A stretch of DNA of 49,959 bases from Nanobdellati archaeon (GTDB lineage Archaea > EX4484-52 > GLR71). Position 1 is the first letter of the stretch. Each line of letters opens with the position of its first letter. The stretch spans positions 1 through 49,959 of the forward strand of contig JAHYJO010000011.1 of the NCBI GenBank assembly GCA_019429125.1, given 5' to 3'. The translations under genes were made by a program, and so were the position numbers. Of the stretch, positions 1 to 10,372 are shown piece by piece. The notes beneath the pieces are model-generated. The model saw nothing but the letters and a program-made list of their open reading frames with translations, was not told the origin of the DNA and searched no databases.

Positions 1-140
1 GCGTTCAGGTCAGAATCAGGAAAAGAAAATTATGAAATCCTAGCATCATTGATGGCAACATGGCAATTGAAAGAGGTAGATATAAAAGCAGAACTTAAGC
101 AGATGCTGATAAAGAATTTATGTTTTTACTAAACAAATAC
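1..140 (+). mobile_element. Right end of an IS66-family element: transposase C-terminal fragment (1..132) plus terminal repeat
   Basis: Frame 1 is open from base 1: AFRSESGKENYEILASLMATWQLKEVDIKAELKQMLIKNLCFY*, resembling the IS66 TnpC tail (FRS..G...Y..L.SL..TW.L). It is followed by CTAAACAAATAC, whose reverse complement begins GTA like IS66 ends. Not in the ORF track. Confidence 0.7.
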
Positions 141-239
141 AATTATTTTAGTTTTATAGGTTATACAATTATGCTTAATTTATCAAAAATTAACCAAATA
201 ATATCTATTAATATTTCAATATTTTATTATGATTTTTTA

Positions 240-566
240 TCAATATTTTAGCTTAAAAAATTTGTCAATAAGAACATCGTCAACTGATGCGAGGATTCTA
301 AGAGTTATTGGCACATCATCTTTTGGATAAAAAAAGAACTGGAATTCTCCATCATCCACCTGCGTTAGATGGTTCACTGACCGTTCGGGATATGTCGTGT
401 TTATCTCAGAGGAAGTCACATTAGGCATGAATACATATTCTTTTCCCGATTTTAAATATAAGACTGCTGAAACCTTTAGGTATCTAATTTTAGATATACT
501 GTTAACTTGTATCCTGAAACGAAGAAAATCATCAGCATGCTCTATATTGTATGTTATGTTTGCCAT
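240..566 (-). CDS. Hypothetical protein, 108 aa
   Basis: ATG ORF directly downstream of the glycogen synthase; beta-rich-looking, no recognisable motif. Confidence 0.6.
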   Translation of the reverse strand: MANITYNIEHADDFLRFRIQVNSISKIRYLKVSAVLYLKSGKEYVFMPNVTSSEINTTYPERSVNHLTQVDDGEFQFFFYPKDDVPITLRILASVDDVLIDKFFKLKY

Positions 567-601
567 AATATATCTACATCTAAAAATTGATATCTTGAGT
601 T

Positions 602-2443
602 TTAATTACTTTCACATTTCTTTTTAGTTTTTCGTTTTCTCTTTGAAAGTGCCATGTCGTGTGCCTTGAAATAGTTGTCTGCAAGATGATCCCAACCCAC
701 AAGCTGAGAAAGTTGTTTTGCATTATGTTTTTGCGCGATTATCTCCTGCTCAGACATGGTTGTCACGTCGTGCATCATTTCGGAAAGGTCTGAGACTATG
801 TCTTTGTATTTCCTGCCGCGCCGTTTAAGAATTTTTATGCCTTTGTCTATTTTTCCATCCATGTGCTCTGATATGTACTGACCGAACCCGGCAAGATCTG
901 TTGTGATTGAGATGCAACCGTTGGCTGCAGATTCAACGGGTGTATAACCCCAGGGTTCATAATATGAAGGGAAAACTGTGAAACTTGCAGAGATTAGCAT
1001 TGAATTGTAGTCTATTGAAAGGAGACGATCTGCGGAGGACAGGTACGCAGGGTAAAATATGACTTTTAAGGGGCTATCTTCCTGATTAAAAAGGTTGTTG
1101 TGCATCAACCTAGATAATATGTTATCATCTTCTTCAGGATAGTTCAGTTCAAAAGCGCACAACGGAGGATTCTTTCCGGACCGTGACTTGAATGCGAGCG
1201 CAAGCCTCTTAAACTTATTATTATATTGGTCTTTCACATACCTCAATAGTGATTCGTGCGTGTATTCACCATGAGCCAATGATTGCATCAGGTGCCATTT
1301 CAACTCAGGGAGCATATCATCAACATGGTTCTCCAATTCATTATAAAGCGAGAAGTTTTCAAGTATCTCACGATTCTCACCACGTACGTCTGAAGGTATC
1401 GCTATAAATACAAATGTGTTTTTATTGTAGCTTTCGTTTTTAAGGCGTTCATTCATCTGACCTAATGCATCGATGAAAACGTCAAGACCTTTATTATGAT
1501 ATTCATATCGTCCGGAAATCATGATGATTCGTGGATCGTTAAGATTGACATTATAGTACGGCTCAAAATATGCAGACAGAAATGATAACACACGGTCTTT
1601 CTCAATCTTATGACGATACGATAATTTTTCCATGGCGGGATAATTTTTCATGTCAAGACCGTTTGGAAGTATCATGTCTGGTTTTCGTCCCAGTATGTAT
1701 TCTGCCTCTCTTGCTGTTGTCGCACTTACAGTTGTGAAAACATCACAATTTTTTGCGCATTCAACTTCAGTCAAATGTTTTGCTGGCACGCCGTATTTGT
1801 ATGCGACATCATTCTTAATTGTCTCCTTCATCTTGAGGCCGTCGTCTATCATCTCAGCCAGATTTACACCTTTACCTGCAATTGACCGTCCAAGCATTGT
1901 CGCATGGACTGTGAAAACTGTTGCAATGTCACAATTTTTCATCTTGAGATAAAGAAGCGCTACCCCTGACATCCACTCATGAAATTGCGCAACCACAGGT
2001 TTTCCCATGTCCACTTTCATGAGTTCAAGAAGCATACCTACTGCATAACTCCAAACTACCGGTTCCTCAAACCAAGAATCCGAATTCAACGAATCTATCT
2101 TATACTGTTCCCACAACATAGACTTTATGTCATTTGACTTATACATGAAATCCTTGACATCAATTAAAATGCAACGTGGTTTTCCTGGTATGTTCCAGAA
2201 ACCGTAATAACACTTTATACCTTCTTTTTCAAGAGTATCAAATATAGGACTTAATTTTCCTGCGTCCTCGTTTATGAATTCATATTGCGCTTTTGACTTC
2301 TCATAGAAACCTATAGTATAATAATTATCTCCGTACTTTCTAAGCATCTCTTCTGCCTTTGAGCTTATGACTGTGTAGATGCCACCTATTTTGTTTCCTA
2401 CTTCAAAGGATACTTCAAAGAACAGGTTGTCATTTTTTACCAT
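602..2443 (-). CDS. Glycogen synthase, GT3 family (eukaryote/Bacteroidetes-type)
   Basis: Motifs FEVSFEVGNKIGGIYTVISSKA, QFHEWM, HATMLGR, GRYEYHNKG and FPSYYEPWGYTPVE. Confidence 0.93.
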   Translation of the reverse strand: MVKNDNLFFEVSFEVGNKIGGIYTVISSKAEEMLRKYGDNYYTIGFYEKSKAQYEFINEDAGKLSPIFDTLEKEGIKCYYGFWNIPGKPRCILIDVKDFMYKSNDIKSMLWEQYKIDSLNSDSWFEEPVVWSYAVGMLLELMKVDMGKPVVAQFHEWMSGVALLYLKMKNCDIATVFTVHATMLGRSIAGKGVNLAEMIDDGLKMKETIKNDVAYKYGVPAKHLTEVECAKNCDVFTTVSATTAREAEYILGRKPDMILPNGLDMKNYPAMEKLSYRHKIEKDRVLSFLSAYFEPYYNVNLNDPRIIMISGRYEYHNKGLDVFIDALGQMNERLKNESYNKNTFVFIAIPSDVRGENREILENFSLYNELENHVDDMLPELKWHLMQSLAHGEYTHESLLRYVKDQYNNKFKRLALAFKSRSGKNPPLCAFELNYPEEDDNILSRLMHNNLFNQEDSPLKVIFYPAYLSSADRLLSIDYNSMLISASFTVFPSYYEPWGYTPVESAANGCISITTDLAGFGQYISEHMDGKIDKGIKILKRRGRKYKDIVSDLSEMMHDVTTMSEQEIIAQKHNAKQLSQLVGWDHLADNYFKAHDMALSKRKRKTKKKCESN

Positions 2444-2531
2444 AGTTTAAACACTCCCAAGTGAAAACAATATCAGGATGCCAGTTAACATTACAATATC
2501 TATTTATACTGGTCAGCTATATATAATTATT

Positions 2532-4592
2532 ATGGATAGCATTTACATTAAAAAGCATGAATCAAAAGATAAAACATATGCTCAGAAAGGGTTCAAGTCA
2601 TTTTTTTATAGATATATAGATTCTGGGTTTAGAACTAAATGGTGCGGTCTTTGGGTACCGCCATTAAAAGTTCTTGAATATTATGCATATAATGTCAATG
2701 GAGAATGGCTCAACGTTGAAAATCAGACACGGTTCGCGATTGAAAAAGAGAAAGGTATACACAGATATGAACTTAAAAATAAAGGGCTTGATATTTCCGA
2801 GACGGTATTTGTACCACTTGACATGAAAAGTATGATATCTGTGCTTGAAGTCAAGAACACATCACTAAAAGATAAAAAAGTCAATATTTCCCTTGAAGTC
2901 GCAGTCAATATGAGAACTAAAGATGAAAACTGGCACATAAGAGAATATAATATTGACTATAACAATGTACGACGGAGTATAGATATCACTGCAGACACAA
3001 TAAACGGTTTTTCGAGAATTGGTCTTGGAAAGGCAGAGGGTGTCACATTTAAGTTTACGGAATACCCAGTATACAAGGATCATTATCCAGATAAAGAAAA
3101 ACAAAGATGTTTCATCCCAGGTAAAATTGAGGTTACATTCAGCATTAAACCGGGCAAGACAAATAAGATACCATTTATAATATCTGCAAGTGAAATATCT
3201 AAAGATGACCTTTCCGAAAATTATGATTATTCTATCAGTAAATGGAAAACAATGATTGATGTCAAGAAAAAATTGTTTACAAAACTTTTTACCACTGAGA
3301 GGATTGAGACTAATAATAATGCGATTGATAATGCATTCTCGTGGAGTGCTGTAAATATTGCAAACCTAATACAAAATGGTGAAGATGGACTTGGTATGTT
3401 TGCTGGACTTCCATGGTTCCAAAGATTCTGGGCAAGAGATACTTTATGGTCAATGTTTGGTCTTATTGATATCGGTGAATTCTATGCAGCCAAAGAATGC
3501 CTTTTAGAAATTGCAAAAAATTATGATAATAAAATACCCACAGTTACTGACCTTAGTGGCAAAAGTGAATATTATAGTGATGATACTGACCCGCTTTTCA
3601 TACTTGCAGTAGATTACTATGTCAAGACCACGGGCGACAAAGAATTTGAAAATGAAATGAAAAGGGTTATCACAAAGATTGAGAAGAACCTTAAGATAAA
3701 TAAAGAAGGACTTGTTGAAACAAGACCTAATGGAAGCTGGATGGATTCTTATGATAGGTTCGGCACACAGATTGATATACAGTCACTTTGGGTTGAAGCA
3801 CTTAAAAAAATAAAATCCAAAAAACTTAAGAACCTTGAGAATACCATTGACAATCATTTCTGGAACATGCTTGAAAATTTCCCGCGCGATACATCAACTG
3901 ATGAAGCTATGACTATCAATTGTACTGTACCTATCATGTTCGGACATTTTCCAAAAAGTAGAAGTGTAATCACACTTAACAGAATAAAGGAAGAGTTCAT
4001 GACTAAATATGGTGTCAGGACAAGGTCGCCATATTCAACTGGATACGGTCCTTGCGAATACCATAAGGGTGCTTCATGGGGGCTCACAACAGGATGGACT
4101 GCAGCTGCAAGTTTTGCGCAAAACATGAATGACGATGGTGCTGAATATTTAAAGCTTATGGCAACTGAGGTTGACGATAATCAAGTGTCTGCAATGGCGG
4201 AATGTGTTGATTCTGAAACTGGAGCAATATGCGGTGCGACAATGCAGGCATGGTCAAATGCAATGTATATACATGCGGTTGACAGGTACATGTTCGGTAT
4301 TGATGCAGACATGAAAGCTAATGTTATAAATATTACTCCTAATATCCCAAAAGCATGGAAATCTGTTGCAAGGTTCGGCAAGAAGATGGGGTTTTATTCT
4401 ATGAATATGCGAATTGATCAAGATGAAAAAAAGATTGAGATGCATCTGCTGTTTTCATCAGACCTGAAAGCTAAAGGAATAATCAATATGCCATACGGTA
4501 TCAAGAAGGTAACATGCAACCAAAAAAGTTTCAAGGGGAATATTGCTGAAATTAAATTGAAAAAAGAGAATAAGATTGTTGCGTGGTTCTGA
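2532..4592 (+). CDS. Glycogen debranching enzyme / amylo-alpha-1,6-glucosidase-like protein
   Basis: AGLPWFQRFWARDT, WMDS, YHKGASW and QAWS motifs of the (alpha/alpha)6 debranching family. Start moved from 2478 to ATG 2532; divergent from the GT3 gene. Confidence 0.88.
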   Translation: MDSIYIKKHESKDKTYAQKGFKSFFYRYIDSGFRTKWCGLWVPPLKVLEYYAYNVNGEWLNVENQTRFAIEKEKGIHRYELKNKGLDISETVFVPLDMKSMISVLEVKNTSLKDKKVNISLEVAVNMRTKDENWHIREYNIDYNNVRRSIDITADTINGFSRIGLGKAEGVTFKFTEYPVYKDHYPDKEKQRCFIPGKIEVTFSIKPGKTNKIPFIISASEISKDDLSENYDYSISKWKTMIDVKKKLFTKLFTTERIETNNNAIDNAFSWSAVNIANLIQNGEDGLGMFAGLPWFQRFWARDTLWSMFGLIDIGEFYAAKECLLEIAKNYDNKIPTVTDLSGKSEYYSDDTDPLFILAVDYYVKTTGDKEFENEMKRVITKIEKNLKINKEGLVETRPNGSWMDSYDRFGTQIDIQSLWVEALKKIKSKKLKNLENTIDNHFWNMLENFPRDTSTDEAMTINCTVPIMFGHFPKSRSVITLNRIKEEFMTKYGVRTRSPYSTGYGPCEYHKGASWGLTTGWTAAASFAQNMNDDGAEYLKLMATEVDDNQVSAMAECVDSETGAICGATMQAWSNAMYIHAVDRYMFGIDADMKANVINITPNIPKAWKSVARFGKKMGFYSMNMRIDQDEKKIEMHLLFSSDLKAKGIINMPYGIKKVTCNQKSFKGNIAEIKLKKENKIVAWF

Positions 4593-4636
4593 AAGATAAG
4601 ATTTATTAAAAACACAGTTTTTAATGCATATACTTT

Positions 4637-5179
4637 TTAAGTTCTATTAATTCTATTCAGTATTATTTGATTCATTAAATTTTCAAAAGTATTTATATAT
4701 ATTAATACTCCCATGTCATCACCTGTTAAATTGTAACCAATACCATCATGTGTTTCAAAGATTACAGACCATGGAAGATCTTTTGATTCATCAATAGATG
4801 AGAAGTAAGATTTAAATACTTTTTCAATAGTTAAGCCTTTAAGATATGATAAAGGATCTTTAACCATCTTGTTTTTTGGAATATCATAACATGTTACTTT
4901 TGTTTTAGTTTCGGACTCTGAAAGATATATGACATCATTTGATTCGCCAAGAAAATAGTCTTCCTTATTACCATCTTTTAAAATGCGTAACCAGTTTCCC
5001 TTACAAGATAAAACAGTTGCACCAACTAAAACATCAAAACTAATATAATCAGTTGGGTCAGGAGAACCAATAGTATCGACTGGTATTCCATAACCACCCC
5101 CAAGAATAGCACCCACATGATTCATTTCTAACTTACTCATAATAAAAAATAGGACAGTTATATTTAAATATCTTCTCAA
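4637..5179 (-). CDS. Hypothetical protein (~167-180 aa)
   Basis: AT-rich ORF with no recognised motif; the real start may be MSKLEM near 5140. Confidence 0.6.
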   Translation of the reverse strand: MRRYLNITVLFFIMSKLEMNHVGAILGGGYGIPVDTIGSPDPTDYISFDVLVGATVLSCKGNWLRILKDGNKEDYFLGESNDVIYLSESETKTKVTCYDIPKNKMVKDPLSYLKGLTIEKVFKSYFSSIDESKDLPWSVIFETHDGIGYNLTGDDMGVLIYINTFENLMNQIILNRINRT

Positions 5180-7107
5180 AATGCATACCTAGTTTTATAT
5201 ACTTTGTAGCCAACACCCGCTATAACTAATAAGATTATCAATATATTGAACAGGTTATCTTTTAACTTGTCTGTGATGTTGTCTTTCTCTACCTCTTTTG
5301 TTATTGATATACAGACATCTTCCACACCGCATTTCTCAAACTGGTTGCATGCGCAATCAACCACACAAGTCCTGCAGGTCTCACCTATATCTGCTTGACA
5401 CACATCATTGCCACAATCAGTCAATGGATAAGTTGATGCGAATACGTAAGGTGCAGTGCCGGTTATGCTCTGTCCCTTGATATTTACTGTCCAGATGCCG
5501 GGTTTGGGGTCCTGGACTGCGCAACCGGTATCAAAAGCAATGCACGGGGCTTGTTTGCCGTCAGGGTTAACTATTGAGGTTATTATGATATCATCACCTG
5601 ACTGTCGCTCCAGAAGGGATACTACAAGAGGCACATCTGTGACTTTCACTTCCACTAAGAACTTTTGGTTCTCATCTTGAGCTATGTTCTCAATTGACCT
5701 TATCTCTTGTGTGTCTATCCGTGTTAGATTGTAGTTTGATGAGATGTCAATTGTACCGTTACCCTCAAGAGATGCAAGCTGGACAATCCATTTGCCTTCC
5801 GCGACGTTTCCAGGACTTAATGAGTAAAGTCTTACATTTCTTTCAGCACCTGAGGATTGAGCGGTCTTAGTCTTTACATTGGCAGATATTATTGCTATCT
5901 CAATATTAATCTTGGAATCATCCCAATCAGCAATTGTTACCATGTGCTCTTTGTCTTCCGTCTTTATGTAGGACTCATAAAATATTATCTCGTTAGCGCC
6001 AATAGATTGTGACATTGTATAGTCTTTAGGTTCATAGATATGATGTGTGCTTGCAAAATTGAAGGGTGCGGAACCTGTTATTTTTTGCACTGATATATCA
6101 ACTAACCAGATGCCTTCTTCAGGGTCCTGGATTGCGCACCCGGTTGCAAAATTATTGCATACAACTTCAGTACCTAACGGGTTGAACACTTTTGATATCG
6201 TTAAGGTATCACCTGACTGTTTCTCCAAAAGGGAGAGAACAAGAGGTGTGGAGGTATCAGTAACTAAGATAGGGTACTCTTTTGCCTCGTCTGCCTTTTT
6301 TATCTCATCGGAAATCAGTTGTTGTGTTGCGACAGCATCAAGGTATCCATAATTTGTGTAGATAGTTGTCTGTTCTGTACCTTTAAGTGCGCGTAAAAGT
6401 ACAATCCAGTTGCCTTCAGCCTCGCTGCCTGGCGTTAAGTAATAGATTTGTAAGTTGGTCTCATCTTCAATTGATGTGTCGGTCTTTGTCTTTATGTTGG
6501 GTGATATTATGGAAATCTCACTTTTTGCGATATAGTCATCCCATTCACTTATTATAGCAAAATGATTTCGGTCAGATGTTGATATGTATTTTTTTAAAAA
6601 AAGCATTGAATACTGGTCAATTGTATGTTTTTCACTAGTGTAATCGTCGGACTCGTAAACATTATAGTATATCGGATAATTTTTTATAAAATAACTTGCC
6701 TGGACATTTACCTTGCCGTCGCCATAAATCCTGTCCCCCTTGACTTCAACAAGCCAGGTGCCAGGTGTGGGATTGTAAATTTTGCAGGTCTGTATGATTT
6801 TTCCGGTGCACCCTGCATCTATCATCTTTTTTCCTAAAGGATCATAGATACCTAAGAGAGTTATCTCGTCTTCAGGTGTGGTTGCGACAAGATCTAAATC
6901 GTTTAATGAGACAATTATTGTCAATGCGTCTTCTTTTGTTATATCTATAAGAAATATGGATGTGTCGCCTTCACTGACTTGTCCTACTACAGGATAGTAT
7001 ATCTCTGCGGAAATCGGTGTGATTGAGATAAGTATTATCAAAAATACAGAAATTGAAAAAAAATTGTTTATTTTATATGACATAGAATATAATTGTCCAT
7101 ACTGCAT
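5176..7107 (-). CDS. Membrane-anchored surface protein with five PPC-like beta-sandwich repeats and a Cys-rich module
   Basis: N-terminal signal peptide; repeated P.(P/E)G.W.V motifs in A-B-A-B-A order; CGNDVCQ..GETCRTCVVDC module; C-terminal TM helix with basic tail. Confidence 0.8.
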   Translation of the reverse strand: MQYGQLYSMSYKINNFFSISVFLIILISITPISAEIYYPVVGQVSEGDTSIFLIDITKEDALTIIVSLNDLDLVATTPEDEITLLGIYDPLGKKMIDAGCTGKIIQTCKIYNPTPGTWLVEVKGDRIYGDGKVNVQASYFIKNYPIYYNVYESDDYTSEKHTIDQYSMLFLKKYISTSDRNHFAIISEWDDYIAKSEISIISPNIKTKTDTSIEDETNLQIYYLTPGSEAEGNWIVLLRALKGTEQTTIYTNYGYLDAVATQQLISDEIKKADEAKEYPILVTDTSTPLVLSLLEKQSGDTLTISKVFNPLGTEVVCNNFATGCAIQDPEEGIWLVDISVQKITGSAPFNFASTHHIYEPKDYTMSQSIGANEIIFYESYIKTEDKEHMVTIADWDDSKINIEIAIISANVKTKTAQSSGAERNVRLYSLSPGNVAEGKWIVQLASLEGNGTIDISSNYNLTRIDTQEIRSIENIAQDENQKFLVEVKVTDVPLVVSLLERQSGDDIIITSIVNPDGKQAPCIAFDTGCAVQDPKPGIWTVNIKGQSITGTAPYVFASTYPLTDCGNDVCQADIGETCRTCVVDCACNQFEKCGVEDVCISITKEVEKDNITDKLKDNLFNILIILLVIAGVGYKVYKTRYAF

Positions 7108-7169
7108 ATATATTAGTTTTTATAATTATCAACGGATTGATTGAATTACAGATAATTACTTTGTGAGAC

Positions 7170-8396
7170 TTAGTATTTTTTTGCCAAGAACTCTAATTGC
7201 GATATTGCCTTAATCATGCCCTCAAATGCTTCGGGTGGTGTGCCATAAGGTGAAAAATATTTGTGGACATCGCCATCACCCCAGTTTTTTGTGCACATAT
7301 AATATAGGTGGTCTGAGGTCTGCAGGAAACGCCAGGTTGATATTAATTCTTTATTTTTTGTTGCAAGGACTGTTTTCCCTACACGTTCAAGTTCGGCGAA
7401 TGTTAGGCGTTGCATATTGTTGCCAAGCCATGCGGACGGGTCGCGCTCTCTGTCAGCCCAGGATATTGTCTCAAGGTCTGGGACGTCAATGTCACCTCTT
7501 ACAGGATACCTCTCAACCACTTCTGTAGGTGTTGCGAAATCCATATGATTGTGGTTTAATATGCGCCCAGGCAGGTCTTTTAAGAACCAAAATATGCCAG
7601 TATCTTCCCATTGATGCTCGCCGAAAGTCTCATAGTCCATAAACAGGTTTATTGTCTCACCATAGCAGGCAGAAAGCCAAGCAGCATACTTGTCTGCAGT
7701 AACTGGCCAGCCCGAAAACCACCTTGCAGAAAATCTGTAAGACATGTCATCACTTAAACTGTAATGCCTCAGAAGGATAGGCAGTTTTGAACCTTGAGTG
7801 TTGTAGACATACTCAGGAGATTTCCAACCACCTAGGATGCGCTCAATACCTTCTGAAAGCATGCCTTTGAAACCCATTGATTCTACAGTCTTTGCGATTG
7901 AGTTGTTGAAAAGAAGTTCTGTGTTCCTGAAAAATGTCGGTTTGTAACCTATCACATCGCGCATTGCAGTTTTGTGCATGTCAACTTGTGCTTTAAATTC
8001 AGGCCTATCAGTATCTTCACCCCAGAAACTTGAAAGGGAATGGTGATATGTCTCAGATAAAAATTCTACACAGCCAGTCTTTGCAAGTTGTTTAAAAGTC
8101 TCAAGAAGGTCGGGAGTAAATTGTTCCATTGAATATAAAAGTGCGCCAGATAATGAATATGAAATCTTGAACTTTTTCTTCTGACCTTTGAACTCGTCAA
8201 TCTTGTCAAGCATGAGACTGTTTGCAGGATAGTAACATTTTCGTGCAACTTTTTCCATAATCTCTTTGTTTTTTCCGTCATCAAAAATTGCAGATTCCAG
8301 TCGTTTTGGCGAATTTGCTCCACCAACATTGATTACATGGCCAGGATAAAGACGTCGTGGTTGATGCACCTGGAAATAAAAACATACAGAACTCAT
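7170..8396 (-). CDS. Glycoside hydrolase family 57 (alpha-amylase-type)
   Basis: FYFQVHQP, ETYHHSL, FRNTEL (nucleophile E), FMDYETFGEHQW (acid/base D) and QTSDHLYYM; AGGTGA RBS upstream. Confidence 0.95.
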   Translation of the reverse strand: MSSVCFYFQVHQPRRLYPGHVINVGGANSPKRLESAIFDDGKNKEIMEKVARKCYYPANSLMLDKIDEFKGQKKKFKISYSLSGALLYSMEQFTPDLLETFKQLAKTGCVEFLSETYHHSLSSFWGEDTDRPEFKAQVDMHKTAMRDVIGYKPTFFRNTELLFNNSIAKTVESMGFKGMLSEGIERILGGWKSPEYVYNTQGSKLPILLRHYSLSDDMSYRFSARWFSGWPVTADKYAAWLSACYGETINLFMDYETFGEHQWEDTGIFWFLKDLPGRILNHNHMDFATPTEVVERYPVRGDIDVPDLETISWADRERDPSAWLGNNMQRLTFAELERVGKTVLATKNKELISTWRFLQTSDHLYYMCTKNWGDGDVHKYFSPYGTPPEAFEGMIKAISQLEFLAKKY

Positions 8397-8414
8397 AATA
8401 ATTCACCTTAACCA

Positions 8415-9653
8415 TCAAGAATCAGATTTTACACCCATACCAACCCCAGATATTGTAGTTGACGGTTTCCAGTCGCAAGAGGTATATTGCTCAAAAACAA
8501 CATTATAGATATCTTTCAAACGTTGAGATATGGTTGACCAGTTATAATGTTCATTTATCTTTTTGTATGCATTCTCGGATAAATCATGCGCAAGGTTGTC
8601 ATCTGAAAGCACTTTGTTTATACCCCAAGCAAGAGACTCTGAACTTTCAGGCCAGACTTTTATGCCATCAACTTCGTGGTTTACGGTCTCTGCAAGACCG
8701 CCAGTGTCTGAAACAACAACAGGTACACTGCAAGCCATGGCTTCAAGGGCAGTTATGCCGAAAGGCTCGTATCTTGATGGAATTGCAAATGCACTTGATA
8801 TACGGAACAATCTTTTAAGAGTATCATCATCAACAAAACCTACAAAATTAACCTTGTCTGAAACACCTATATCATGTGCTATTTTTTTTAGTCGGTCAGT
8901 CATGTAGCCAGTACCGGCAAATACAAATTTTGCGTTCGGGTTTCGTTTAAGAACTGCAGGTATGGCTCCTACAAGGATATCCACACCTTTTTCCCAGACC
9001 ATTCTACCTACGTAAAATACTATTTTTTCATGAGGTAATGCATACTTTGATTTCTCGTGATTGTAATCAAAATCTGTTTTCATCTTGCCTATATCGACAC
9101 CATTGGGTATGACATCAATCTTATCCCACGGAATGCTTAGAGAATAGGAAATTGATCTTTTCATGAATTCTGAATTGCAGATGATACGCCAGGATTCATA
9201 GGCCAGTTTCTTTTCAAGTGAATGTATCAGTTCTTGCCTATCTCCTTCGATACCACCATACCTACCCGATTCAAGTGCATGTAATGTTGAAATCATAGGT
9301 ATTCTGTATATGTGCTTAAGTCCGATTCCGGCTGTCGCCACAAGCCAATCGTGCGCATGTATAATCTTTATATCTTTATGCTCATTGATTACTTCACAGG
9401 CTTTGTTCTGCATAAGCATGCCCATCTGAAGTGCCCAGGAATGAAAATCTTCTGCAGGAATGTAATCTGCGTCAAAACGGTATATGTGCACACCGTTTCT
9501 ATGTTCATAACCCACATTACCTTCAAAACCGCAAGTAACTATTATGGGTTCGATTCCTTGCGCGACTTGGCTTTTAGTAAGGTCTTCAAGAACTGTTCCT
9601 ATGCCACCAACTTTGTATGGCGGGAATTCCCAGGATAGATGCAATACTTTCAT
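8415..9653 (-). CDS. GT4-family glycosyltransferase (alpha-glucan/glycogen synthesis candidate)
   Basis: LSWEFPP..VGG, HAHDWL, VGRMVWEKG and PSRYEPFGITALEAMA. Start placed at MKVLHL (9653), which overlaps the upstream stop as ATGA. Confidence 0.92.
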   Translation of the reverse strand: MKVLHLSWEFPPYKVGGIGTVLEDLTKSQVAQGIEPIIVTCGFEGNVGYEHRNGVHIYRFDADYIPAEDFHSWALQMGMLMQNKACEVINEHKDIKIIHAHDWLVATAGIGLKHIYRIPMISTLHALESGRYGGIEGDRQELIHSLEKKLAYESWRIICNSEFMKRSISYSLSIPWDKIDVIPNGVDIGKMKTDFDYNHEKSKYALPHEKIVFYVGRMVWEKGVDILVGAIPAVLKRNPNAKFVFAGTGYMTDRLKKIAHDIGVSDKVNFVGFVDDDTLKRLFRISSAFAIPSRYEPFGITALEAMACSVPVVVSDTGGLAETVNHEVDGIKVWPESSESLAWGINKVLSDDNLAHDLSENAYKKINEHYNWSTISQRLKDIYNVVFEQYTSCDWKPSTTISGVGMGVKSDS

Positions 9654-10372
9654 TGTCTTTCCCCCCGATTCCAGTTTTTCATAACCCAATTATAATCCCT
9701 TACAATTTGTTGTGTCCATTGCTTTTCTTGAGAATTGACAACGTCTACTTTTTGGGGTTCTGGAGAATAATAGTTTATTATCTCATTTTTTAGCCAGTCT
9801 TCATTCACAAGGACTTTCTGTGAATCGTTGGTGCCACGCCATTCTATCTGCTTGACTGAGTCGGTATATCCGTTAACTACACCTGGTGCTCTGTGGTGCT
9901 GCAAAGAATAAAAGTTGACAATGAGTGGTTTCTGGATGGCAGCCTGAAGAGATACGCCTGCAGGAAACATTTCCCATTGATGTGCATGAATAAGGTCAAT
10001 GCCACCTTCCTTGTGGTAGATGTCTGCTGCAGTTCTATTTATTTCCATGGCGAGTGTGAGCGCCCAGGTAAGAGGGGAATAGCTCTTTATCGGATTGTTT
10101 ATATAATGCACCTTTACACCCCCCATCTCAACTGTCTGACCTGCTTTCCAGGGATCGTAGGAGATTACATCAACATTCATGTTCTTGTCAACCAGACCGT
10201 CGGCTAAAGACTTGCAATGGAGTGCTTGAGGAGTTATGTTTCGTGGCAGGTATTCGGCCGAGACGATAAGTATATTTTTTGGCTTGTTCGGTGTCTCGTG
10301 ATCATCAGGATTTATTTTAAGTTGCATTAATATTTTCTTTAAAAGAAGTTGATTGATTTCATTTTCATTCAT
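9650..10372 (-). CDS. GT4 N-terminal-domain-only protein (no donor-binding domain)
   Basis: ILIVSAEYLP, DLIHAHQW and KPLIVNFYSL align with the N-domain of the downstream GT4; no EX7E-containing C-domain. Confidence 0.85.
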   Translation of the reverse strand: MNENEINQLLLKKILMQLKINPDDHETPNKPKNILIVSAEYLPRNITPQALHCKSLADGLVDKNMNVDVISYDPWKAGQTVEMGGVKVHYINNPIKSYSPLTWALTLAMEINRTAADIYHKEGGIDLIHAHQWEMFPAGVSLQAAIQKPLIVNFYSLQHHRAPGVVNGYTDSVKQIEWRGTNDSQKVLVNEDWLKNEIINYYSPEPQKVDVVNSQEKQWTQQIVRDYNWVMKNWNRGERQ

